The position numbers and the translations under genes were made by a program. From Asterias rubens (taxonomy: Eukaryota), in assembly GCF_902459465.1 (NCBI RefSeq), contig NC_047081.1:11594001-11658000 (forward strand): 64,000 nucleotides of DNA, given 5' to 3'. The notes below the pieces were generated by a model that saw only the letters and a list, made by a program, of their open reading frames with translations, searched no databases and was not told where the DNA came from. Position 1 is the stretch's first letter; each line of letters begins with the position of its first letter. Below, one piece after another: positions 34,156 to 45,723 of the stretch.

Positions 34156-35304
34156 ATTCGAGCTTTAAGATGGCAACTGAGTATGAATGATCACAAAAAG
34201 GAGTCCTTGATGTAGCATTTAATTATTATAGTCAACTACATTTTACAAAATCAGAGTTTAAAAATATATGTTATGATGTCCACACAGAAGGTTAAGTTTT
34301 GATTACAGAACAGCAATAATTTAACCACCATTCATATTGACAACAACAAAAAAACTCATTCCTTAATGCATTGCTTTATAAAAAAAACTGGCCGTGGCAT
34401 TCAGAATTATAATGTTTAGAAATTGCTTTGACACAACCACCTACTGAATAACTTGATTCATCTAACCACAGAGAAAAAGACCATGAGTAAAGTCTCAACC
34501 AGATCCATGTCGCCAACATCAGTTGTTTTAAGCTGTCTTCCAGGATGAAACAAGACACTGTCACTGTAGAATAAAATTTACGACTTTATACATTTTGTCT
34601 ATTCGTACACAAGTGGACGGTTATCTCTTTCACGAGCTGACCAGCCCACGCGGTCTGTCGATGATGATGAAAACAAGTCGTGAACATAATACCGTGCGAT
34701 GGGCGTTTGTGTCGTCCCACGTGCAATACCCTGGCCAATCAGAACCCTTGAAGCTGTGACGTAGCCCTGGTCGGATATTTATGAATGAAATAGTCCTTAT
34801 TGCGATTAAAGGTACTTCCTGTATTTATAGTAACTATAATGCTGAAGAGAAGGTTTTTATGTAAAAGCTGCCTCCATCTGTATAACCAGTAAATCTCAGC
34901 CAAAATGCATTGTAAAAGAAGGACAATTCCTCCAACTTTGTGTAATATTTGAGCCTTTTTAATTGAATTTTAAGTAACCAGTAGAAGTGTTCCTTATTAA
35001 AATTCCTAAGATATTCTCAGCAATTAACTCACCAAATCGAGAAAACTTGGGGAGCTCTTTTACCGAAGAAATCGCAGCTTGGTTACGGGTTGGTTTCAGC
35101 GATCTCAGTGGTCAGAAAACCGTGGTAGGCAATGAGACTCGAGTCTCTTGTTTAAGCAAACATCTTATGGTAATTATTGTAGACTGTAGACTCTCGGCCA
35201 ATCGGCGTGCGAAGTGTTATGGTAATCAATGTAGACTGTAGACTGAGGGATTGCACGAGTGCAGACATAACATCAACGAACTTAGTTTTTTTATTATGTC
35301 AAAT

Positions 35305-35313
35305 TCTACTTTT
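35305..35313 (-). terminator. snRNA 3' box-like element
   Basis: AAAAGTAGA on -, ~12 nt past the U1 3' end; matches the AARRYAGA half of the 3' box consensus. Confidence 0.5.
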
Positions 35314-35325
35314 GGATTTGTTCAT

Positions 35326-35487
35326 CAGGGAGAGCGCGAACGCAGTCCCCACTATCAGAAATTGTACTCCCGAGTTCCCCACATTTGGGGGAATCGCATA
35401 GGTCAACCCGTCCGAAGTGCAATGGATAGGCCTCGCCATGGGAGAACCGCCTTGTTGATCACGGTATCTCCTGAGCCAGGTAAGTAT
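35326..35487 (-). ncRNA. RNU1: U1 spliceosomal snRNA gene (~162 nt)
   Basis: The reverse complement starts ATACTTACCTGG. It contains stem-loop I (GGAGATACCGT-GATCAACAAG-GCGGTTCTCC), the U1A loop ATTGCAC, stem-loop III (GCGATTCCCCCAAATGTGGGGAACTCG), Sm site AATTTCTGA and the terminal hairpin GGGGACTGCGTTCGCGCTCTCCCTG. Confidence 0.97.
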
Positions 35488-35529
35488 GGTTTTCGATTGT
35501 GTGACATATCGAGTGTATCTCAGCAGTTT

Positions 35530-35547
35530 GCTTTTCACCTACGGTGC
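35530..35547 (-). promoter_or_regulatory. snRNA proximal sequence element (PSE) of U1
   Basis: GCACCGTAGGTGAAAAGC on - at about -60 to -43 from U1 +1; resembles the metazoan PSE consensus in sequence and position. Confidence 0.7.
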
Positions 35548-35617
35548 TACCATTATTCACCGTTCAGCTTTCATGCAGATTTTAACGCGCTACTACGCAT
35601 GCGCAGTTTGATTTATT

Positions 35618-35800
35618 ATGCAAATTTTTGTAGACTGTGCGCATAATAATGATGACTGTATGCAAAATAAGTAGAATCTAGACTTTGTGCAGTTAAATTT
35701 TCATGCAAACCAATGTAGCCTGCATGCAAATTAGTGTAGACAAATTAGATAGTGTAGACAATTTATTGTAGACAATATTTGTAGACTTTGATTGTAGTCT
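35618..35800. promoter_or_regulatory. U1 distal enhancer region: octamer motifs plus GTCTACA/ACTACA repeats
   Basis: Perfect ATGCAAAT at 35618-35625 and 35724-35731, with near-octamers around 35661 and 35703. TGTAGAC at 35629, 35735, 35753, 35767, 35780 and TGTAGTCT at 35793. ACTACA is the core of Staf/ZNF143-type sites known at snRNA DSEs. Confidence 0.6.
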
Positions 35801-35991
35801 GAAGCTTGGTGCCACGGTAAATCGTCATACCGCCCTCTATTGAGCAGAGCATAAACCACGGACTAGTACCTGTACTTGACAGCTGTAAACCAAAGATACT
35901 ATGTGTAAACCTAGCACTGCCATTAAGTAAACATCATGACCTGTCTGTTTGTGACACACATGCCATCAAATAAAATTCCAGTCAAAACAAC

Positions 35992-36477
35992 ATGGCCCGA
36001 CGGTCGGGATACTGCCCAACATTGCGGAAGTGTTTGGTGATCGTTGTTGTATTGTTTTGTCTGTCAGCGGGTATTCTTCACATGGTTAGTAAATGATACT
36101 TTCATCGCCATGATAACTAACAACATTGTTGACTAAATTGAGAATGCCCAAGTGTGAAGACTGAAACCTTCCGGCGGGCGGCTCTCGACTCTGGGTCGAC
36201 TCGGAGGGCCGACAGCAGGTCCGCCGCCGCGCCGCGCCTGTCTTCAGCACTAACAACACTTCACTCCACTTCCTCGTTTACTTCAACACTTTCTTGTTTT
36301 GGTAAAACCATGGAGGTAGAACCGAGCCAACCTTATTGGGCTGTTATGACTCTCTTTTATCACAGTCGCCATTGTGATAAGACCGATGTTGAGAGCCATA
36401 ACAACAACATGGGCTAGGTTTACAGTTACACCTACATAGTTTTTGGAAAAATTTTACGTCGTCGCCACCAACTTCCG

Positions 36478-36509
<32 letters not shown>

Positions 36510-38988
36510 GCACCTGAGGAGGTTTTCAATCGATTGGGCTAGTCTAGACCCAGTAACTGGGGTGCTGTATTTTGTTTTCTCTCTCGAAATTTTGACATTA
36601 TCGGTCCATGGAAAAAGAAAGGTCATTCTAGCACCCCAGCAAGTGAAAGCCAGGCAATGATTCAAGACAGCCACACTTTCTCTGACTATCACTCTCTCAC
36701 TCTGTCCACAGATTTTGCAGTATTTTGATACTGAAGATATTTATGAAGATGATGGAATTTGGCTTCAGAATGAACAACATTTTGCTCATGTCGACTACGG
36801 AGGAAAGTTAGTATCAAGTGGTGAGTAAAATCAAACTATGGTTTTCTGCTCGGGATTATATATACATTTTTTTGTAAGGTATAAAATGCAAAGTAAACCT
36901 TTGGTTTTTTAATCCTATTTAACTGTAGAGTAGATGTACAATAAAATTAACCTGTAAATAAAATGTGGTTTAAAAAGAAGGTAGAATTTTTCAAGATATT
37001 GGCAAAACATCCGAGTCCGAGAGTTTGTCTCTTAAATGCAGGAAGAATAATCCATAATTGGAACAGGCAATATTTAACAGAAACTTTTCTCAGGTTCAAA
37101 TTTTGGGGGGATAACAACCGTTTTTCTCATAACCACTTACTTCAAAGTGAAGTGATTCTCAATCGAAAGCGGCTGTACTTAATATTTTAACCAAGAAAGT
37201 TTTTATTGACATTGTTAGTAAGAGCATAAGAGTGATAAGGCACCTCCAGCTCAAATTTGTTTTGCTTTCAAATAAGCCTTGGGATTGTTCCAGACACTTC
37301 ACTGACAGCTGAGCTGTATGTTTACATTCTTAAAGATTAGACCACAAGCACCAAGATTGTTATCTACTGGAACCCTGGTTTGTGATTACCACTGAGCAAG
37401 GTCACCTGCAGAGGTCATCACCACTCCATGGTGACTGTCTTCAGGTCACACATCTACACCCATTACTTTCAACTAGTGTTGTTTTAACTTGCACTTATTT
37501 ACTAAGCACAACTTTCCACCTGTTTCACGCACACTTAGTCTTCACCTCAGCTTTTACATCCAAAAGTGGACTTTGCTGAGTACCAACCTAGATGTAGATG
37601 TGGTTTTCTCAGTAAGATTAAGCTGACAGTACACTGCAGTATGGACAGTTTTGGGGATAGTTTTGACAAGGTGCCTTACCAAATGTATTCCTTCCTTTCA
37701 AAGAAATTCAATGAGTGATTTATTTACACTTATTTTTTGTTTCTTGTCCAATTCAGATGGCACAGATGAGCATGACAGAGACCATGTCAATGTCACCAAT
37801 TTAAACATAAAGGTTCCCATCATTCTATGGTGGACACCTTTTACCGGTGAGCGTGGGCAAGTCAAGCAATGCGGCAAAGACGAGTGTTTCTTCACTGTAG
37901 ACAGACACTTTAGAAATCATCCCCAGACGAAAGTTTTTATGTTCTACGGAACGGACTTCAAGCCGCGAGATCTTCCGCTGCCGAGAAAGAAGCAGCATGA
38001 GTGGGCACTTCTACATGAGGAATCCCCAAAGAATAATTATATCCTGACCCAGAAAGATTGCCTGACCCTGTTTAATCACACCGCTACGTTCAAACGCCAG
38101 TCTGACTATCCAATCACCACTCAGTATTTAGAGCACCTTTCTGACCTGACAAGCACCGAGTATCTCGTCCCGACAGATTTAAAGAGTAGGGGTGGCATAG
38201 CCCAAGTGGTTTACATCCATTCCGATTGTAATCCACCATCGGGTCGTGATAATTACGTCACCGAATTAATGAAATTCATTCGAGTTGATTCGTATGGGAA
38301 ATGTCTTCACAATAAGGATCTACCACCAGATCTAGTCGATCCACTTACTATGCACAGCAGGGATCTCTATAAAATCATCGCCAAATACAAATTCAGCCTC
38401 GCCTTTGAAAATGCAATCTGTGATGACTACGTTACAGAAAAGCTCTGGCGCCCTCTATTGGTCGGTTCAGTTCCGGTCTACAGAGGATCACCGTCTGTTC
38501 GTGATTGGCTGCCGGATAACCAATCAGCAGTTATCGCTGATGATTTCTCAAGTCCAGAGGATCTTGCCAAGTTTTTAACCTCACTCGCTGGGAATAAAGA
38601 ACGCTACGAAAAGTACCTCAAATTTAAGAAAGTTGGTATAACAAACAAGAAGCTGATAAACACAATGACGAAACGGGAGTGGGGAGTCAATGACTACGAA
38701 CGTCTCAACTTCATCTCAGGATTTGAATGCTTCGTCTGCAAACGAGTCCACGAGAATCTGAAGCGATCTGAGAGAGGGGAACCTCTCAAGCCGCACAAAG
38801 CTGAGGGCAATCATTATAATTGTCCGAGACCGCAATACAGCAACGAGAACTACAGACGTGACAACGATATTTACCTACAAATGTACGACCGGCATAAGAA
38901 AAATGCTGTAGATCTCCGAAAGCTCGTCGAAGAAGGACTGGGATATGATAGCATTAAGTTCCGTGACTTGATGTCAAATGTTTATTAA
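35992..38988 (+). CDS. FUT10: FUT10-like fucosyltransferase (GT10; FUT10/FUT11 = POFUT3/4 family), ~477 aa, 3 coding exons
   Basis: Exons 35992-36084 (MARRSGYCPTLRKCLVIVVVLFCLSAGILHM, type II TM anchor), 36712-36820 and 37757-38988, with consistent phases. Motifs PIILWWTPFTGERG..CGKDECFFT, FYGTDF, HEESPKNN, YKFSLAFENAICDDYVTEKLWRP. The WWTPFTGE segment looks more like FUT10 than FUT11. Confidence 0.9.
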
Positions 38989-40524
38989 TTCTGGAGATTT
39001 GTTACGGTCCTGTAGTTCCTCTCTCTCTTGCCAATACAGCTGTATTACTGTATAAACTTTTTTCTTTTCAATACAAGATACCAAAATAAACAAGGAAAAG
39101 TACTTCTTTTTAATCACTCCTTCAAATCTTGTGAGGTTAGTCAAATGCTTTGCCTATTTGCAAGATTTGAAGTAAAGGAGCTTATAGCAATGATTTATTT
39201 TCCCAAGCTGACAAACTGAGCATTTTTTGTGGGCTAATAGCTGTCGGCACAAAGTGGAAATATTGCCAAAAACCATACTAAAGTTTTAATAAGAATATTA
39301 ATAAAAAAAAACATTTTATTGTAGTTGCAGGTAGGTTTATTTTTAACATGTAAAATTGTATGCAAGTTTATTTTATACATGATCTGTAACTACTAACTTG
39401 CCATGTGTTGTACCTAAAAAGAAGACATTGTCAGTGGTGCTTTATATCTTAAATGTTTGTTAAATTGCAACATTTTGTTATGGGGTCTTGAGATTTAAAA
39501 TCAGGGGAATAATATTTGAGGGTGAATTTGTATCAAGACTAACCCAGCTGTTTGATGTGGTGGTGTAGTTCTCAGTCTATTTGACAAACTTGAGCAAATC
39601 TAAGGAATTTGGGAAAGGGATAATAATGATGGGTGGATGAGGGGGTAATGGATAGGTCTTAAGTAAAAGAAGCAGCAGGGTTAGCCAGTAATGTTGATTG
39701 TTTCATTGTGTTTTTGTTTCTTCGAAATATTTCCCTGAAATATGTGTGCTTTGAGTCATTCAATGGTTAGGTAGTGAATATATATGAATATTTTGATATA
39801 AATGCATCAAATTTATCAGCCATGAGTATGAACAACATTTGTTATAATATTGACAGAATTAAACCAAGTTGCTTGCCCTTTTTATACTATTTGACAGTTA
39901 GTACTTTTTAGAATTTGTCATTATTTTGTTATAAAACTCATAATTATTTTTTTAATGGTTTCCAGTATTATCAAAGATGTATAATGTATGTGCCTAGAGA
40001 TGTTGTATGACATTGTCTTGTGTAAGACATAATAGTGTTTTATTTATTATAGTAAGTGGCTTAAAAAAGTCTTATGCCATAATACTTAATAGCGCCCATA
40101 TTCATCACTCAGTGATGCTGAAGGTGCTTCAACATGCAGTATTTTCCTGAAAGTTATGTGGAGCTAAAATGATTGGCCATAACAAAAGTTTTATATAAAG
40201 GCCTGCATGTATTTGATCAAAATGAGAAATAAAAGTTTATTTTTTGTCAATATATGGCAGCCAGAGTAAAAGTCTTTTAAAAGTTTTTTTTTCATCACAC
40301 TTTATGATCATTAAAAAAAATCACAAATTATAATGTTATGGTATAAATTATGTGTATTATTTTGTTTTTACCTAAAGAGTCTGTATGAGCTTCCTAAAAT
40401 CTCCCATTTTTACTCCAGAGCTTTTTTTTTTTTGTATTGTTCTTCAATCAAAGCATTGGGGGTAGAATTTGTCAAAGTAATTTCGAAAGAGGGTAAAGCA
40501 ACAGACCCGGAGCTCCCAGACCTT

Positions 40525-40525
<1 letters not shown>

Positions 40526-40556
<31 letters not shown>
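40526..40556. repeat. Poly(C) tract (~31 nt)
   Basis: Seen directly, between FUT10 and SLC25A16. Confidence 0.95.
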
Positions 40557-41101
40557 ACAAAAAAAAAAGGGAACTTGCAAGAAGCGGTTGATACCGCCAC
40601 CGTGGGCGGCGCGCTGGTTGTAGTTTTATTAGTTTCAAAAGATTACATGGTGAGCACTGGTGTGCATGTATCAATATCATGCACACTTTATTCATTAGTC
40701 CGTTTTATGCAGTCTATAAATAGACCGTTGATGGTTTATGCTAAAAATATACCAGGGGTCGTTTTATAACGTTTACTTACTTCACACCAGCATTTTAGTT
40801 GTGTTTTTGATAATACAGAGTACAAGTATACGCATGCAAATTAACAGTGTTCTAAATTTTACATTGCAAATGTTTAAAACATTCCAAAATTAGTTTATGT
40901 AAAAAACATAAAAGTCGCGCTTGTTAAAAACACCCCTATTTGTAATGGAGAAGGCCGAGTGGTCTGATATCAGGTGATTTTGTATGATGGTACGATCCGA
41001 GTGTGTGTTTTTGGATGGGATGTGAAATGACATGACAAGCTAGGTGACCTTTGCTTCGCTTTCACAACACACACAAACTGCTGTCGACAAGCAAGTACAC
41101 A

Positions 41102-44100
41102 ATGGCTATCCTAGCTGGTTCAACGGGCGAAATATTGCAGAATTTCCTCGCTGGTGGTAAGTTACTCCTGCACTAATTGTTCTTTCCACCCCTGAGATTA
41201 TAAATGTCTCTTTTAAACAGAGTTCCTTGGCAGAATATGTTAAATTTTCAACCAGCTTCTGCGGGGGAAGAAGCTCAAAATCAAATCTCTGAAACCGGCT
41301 CATTTGTTATCACGCAGCGAGCACGTGAAAGTTTAAATGGTGATGTGTATGGTGTGCAGGTATCCGGATCCAGAGGGGCAGATGGCTTACGAAAAATTCA
41401 TCACACCCGGATCGCCAGTTACGGTGAAAACCCTTTTACTCAGAGCGCTCAAATCCTGTTTTTAGACTGTTAGCCTACAATTTTAAATGATCAACACGAG
41501 ATATTTTTGACAATGTTTGACTGCCACTTTTTCATTCATTGAGTATTGACTCGTTTCCAATGACCAAACCAAAAGTTTTTAAAACAACATTTATTTGACC
41601 ATTAGAACTACCTCATGATTTGACTCATTTTTGAAAAAATAGTTATAAATATAACTAGTAGTAGTACACTACAAGATTATATTAATAATGGTACTGGTGG
41701 TAGGCCTACCGTTTTAGGAAAAGTTTCCATATGGCGCCACCACTTTTTCATTCGAGATGAAATAATATAGTACAGGTATCTAATTCTAATTACCTCAATG
41801 AATGAGAATGAGATGGCCATGAGATGTCCCTTTTTGTAAAAATTAGTGAAAAAGTGGTGGCCCCAACATGGAAAGTTATCCTTTTACAATTTTCTACAGT
41901 CTAGATTAATAAACATAACTCATAAGAATCAATAAAAGATCAAAGATCAATCAATAAAATGTTTCTCCATACATTTGGGCACCTAGCATTTCTTAAATTA
42001 TTTTAAAATGCTCCAAAACCATGGATGGTTTCTTCATGGTTCTCATTTAACAGCTCTTAAAAAAAATTAAAGGAAAAGTTTCCGTATGGCGCCACCACTT
42101 TTTCATTCGATATGAAATAATATAGTATCTAATTTACCTCAATGAGATATCCCTTTTTGTAAAAAAGGGTGAACAAGTGGTGGCGCCATTCGGAAAGTTA
42201 TCCAAATTAAATTTCATATTGAAAAGCTAAATATGAAAATAAAATTGTGAATTATATATTAAAAAATATGTTAATTTTCAGGAGTAGCTGGATGTTGCGG
42301 CAAAGTAACCACAGCTCCTTTGGATAGAGTAAAAATCTTAATACAAGGTCATCATAGGTACTACCAACATCTTGGTAAGTAAAGTAACACTAGATTAAAA
42401 TCACTTCAAATTAGCCTTAGTTTAAGCATGGAGGTAGGTAAGACTTAGGTGTCTGAATTTTTAGTGTTTTTATAAATCATTTGTTTACCCTAATTTTAAA
42501 TAATACTTTCCCATCCCCAATTTTAAATTTAAACATTCTTAAAAACTGTTCCCCCAAAATCCAATAAAGTACTCAAGATGCTCAGATACAACTGTTCAGT
42601 GAAAATTATACCATGCCCGGTATGTGGCAGAGGGTGTCCCCTTCCCCCCCCCCCCCAAAAAAAAAATGTTCCCGTACACTCCTTTTCTCTTGTGCAAAAG
42701 TACCCCTTAAAATCCTCTTAAGAATTCCTGAGGTACCCATAACACGATAAGGGCACAATAGGAGTGGTTACATCATGCCACAGACCAAACACCAAATGGT
42801 AATAATCAAAATAATTAATAAAGTATATTTTGTTCCTCTTATGTTATTTCAGGTGTTTGGTCATCAGTTGCCAAAGTCCTTGAGCATGAAGGGGTCAGAG
42901 GTCTTTACCGTGGCAACGGTGCTATGATGGTTCGAACATTCCCTTACGGTGCTATCCAATTTGTAGCGTATGATTGGTTTAAAAAGGTGAGGTCATATCT
43001 TTAACACTTTCACGGTAATGTGCGCCATGTTATTCAATCCCATGCGCCATGGTACGGCCCATGGTACAATGTATGTTGTTTATTTTGAGCAAACATTTTT
43101 TAGAGTCGTAACTTCACAAGTGCTTTTGCTTCTAACGATGTGCGTCAAGTGTGATTATCAAGTTGCAGACATTGAAATAAAGACAACACTGATGCACACA
43201 GGGCAGATTCAACAATAGGCGCATATTACCTTGAAAGGGTACATTGCTTTTTCGGCTTGAAGAATAAAATTTACTTGTTTCATCTTCAGAAATTTGTTCA
43301 TTCTTGATTTCTTTTTATTTTACAGAAAACAAAAAAGAAGTTATTATCCGGTTCCCTAGCAGGTAAGACGCAACCTCTTAATGTTTTATTGACAGATTAT
43401 TAAATGAGTTGAAATAATTTTTTTAGAACTGCTTTATCTTGCTGTAAATTTGTAAAAGAGAGCAGGAAAGGGGGTCACTTTCACTGAACTGTTAAATGTT
43501 GTAAATAGCACTTAAACAAGAACTATCAACTATTAGTAGATAGTTAAGCAACACACTTTTTGTTTGTGAATGTTTTATTGACCCTGACAGTTTTAGATGT
43601 TTGTAAGTGTTTGTGTTGTGTAGCATTTCAGGCAAATCAACCTCTTCCCCCATAGATCTACAGAACTGTTGTTGAATAATCTGTTTCTATTTCTTAACAG
43701 GTGTAACAGCGGTCATTTTTACATATCCGTTAGACATGGTTAGAGCGAGGTTAGCCTATCAAGTACACGGAGAATGTTTATACACAGGAATCCTCCACAC
43801 ATGTCGTTCTATATGGCATCAGGTAAAACCAGTATTCCTGCTTTGTTGTAGTGCATATTTAGAAGTTGTATTGGTTGTAGACCAAATTCATTGGTTTCAA
43901 TAGTTGTCCACTTTCAAAATTTATTGTTTCAAGTATTGGTTGTTGATTGTCCGAATTTACTGACAGTGCAAACCCCAGTATTTTTACCCTTGCACCGATG
44001 TTTATTAAGCACTGTATACTCGATACTTTCCCAAGTTCTTTGAAAAAACAAATCCACAAACACATCATTCGAGTGGATTCAAACCTCCTGATATTTAGTT

Positions 44101-45691
44101 CAGAGATTCAGAATGTTTTATAAGCAATGACTCTCACCCTCGACCTGTGAATCTGCTTCAAGTAATTGAGATTTTGTTTCTAAGAAAGTGTTTGTACTTC
44201 CACCTCCTACATTTGGAGTGGAACTTCTTCCTTTAAATAAAACTCTTTTTCTTCTTCCTCCACAAGGAAGGTCAATTCAAAGCACTCTACCGAGGTGTTG
44301 GGCCAACTCTTGTCGGAATGATTCCATATGCAGGTAAGATAAATACAGACCTTTGATATTCTTCCTACTTCTTCCGTATGATTTCCGGGGTTTTTTGCAT
44401 TCTGAAAGGTCAGCAAAATTTGTGAATAATAAAAGTTTGTGAAATCATGAAACATTCACAACCAACATTTTTGATATTGTAAACAACTGGCTTAACAATG
44501 ATGGATCAAGTATAACCTGCCTGATGCAGTTTAATGTTTTTATGAAGTGAAAGTTATTTATATTGTTTGCTTGAACCTTCTTGAAAGTGCATCGTGATCT
44601 TAAGAAAAATGCCTTAAATAAATCTTATTATCATTGTCATCTTGAGCTACAAGTTGAAAACCCCCTCCTTTTTTACCTGTTACATTCCAATGATATTTTG
44701 AATCATTTGTTTCGTTGTCAGGTGCTGCTTTTTATTCCTATGAAACGTCCAAGACGTACCTCCTAGAGAAGGGTCCCCTTATCTTCTCCAAGCCCTCCCG
44801 ATCGGACCCTAATCAGAGAGTTCTAACAGCCCAAGCTAACCTTGTCACTGGGGGACTGGCAGGAGCAGTGGCACAAACTATAGTGTAAGTTGTCAACCTG
44901 TGGTACTTTCATCTGAAGTCTTCATTTTGGTTTTGGGATTTGTTTTTGTATGCAATTTTGCTCAAAACAAGGCTACAAGCCACTCATGGTTAAGAGACTA
45001 CAAGAATAAAAGTATTGAAGGTGAAAATAACTCTGGGGAGCTGAAAGGTTGGAATTTATATCCCTCTTAAAACAGTGTAGGATGAAGGGAAACATGTTCG
45101 TGTAACTACACAAATATTGATGACTACAGACCCAGGCTTGCGTATCAAAAAGTGCCCTAACAAGTCATTGTGCCCTATCATTGGCTTAGAGCTGTTCATG
45201 GTCTTGCATTTGCATCGTTTGACCTCAGCGATGGCTGCCCATGCATTTACAAAATGTTTATTAAGAATCACCATCATGGGAAAAAGTGTACTGTTTCAGT
45301 CAAATTTTTGATTTTTTTTTTTTTTTTTCTTTATGTAAAATATTCATCTAAACCTTTTAAAACTGTTTCAAAATATTGATTTGCTTTGATTTTAATTGTA
45401 GGTATCCCTTGGATGTAGGGAGGCGACTAATGCAGCTTGGCTCCATGGTTCCAAATTCTAGCTCAACGAGGTAAGTTCAATATAACCCTTCTACTCTTGC
45501 TGGTGCGTGTTTAATCTGTTAAACAAGATTTAATGTGTTGGATAACATTCGGCCGTTCTGACCAAATTCAACATTTTTTTGCAAACGCTCAATTAAATAA
45601 AATATCTCTCATGATTGGTTGCTTTGTTTCCACCAATTCAAATTCTGCGCCTTGATCACCCAGCAGGGTGGATATGTGCGCATTACAAGTC

Positions 45692-45723
<32 letters not shown>

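Noticed and set aside
36140-36427. Telomerase RNA, RNase MRP or U17/snR30 identity for the structured intronic segment
   Set aside because: No CTAACCC template, no MRP CR-I GAAAGTCCCC, and AAACCAT (36305) lacks the m1 partner and the 7-nt spacing to ACA.
37651-37756. ORF-track start of the fucosyltransferase
   Set aside because: Intronic. The true N-terminus with the TM anchor comes from exons 35992-36084 and 36712-36820, spliced to the acceptor at 37756.
36344-40695. Poly-Lys, poly-Pro and poly-Gly ORFs
   Set aside because: They derive from homopolymer tracts (poly-T ~36480-36509, poly-C 40526-40556).
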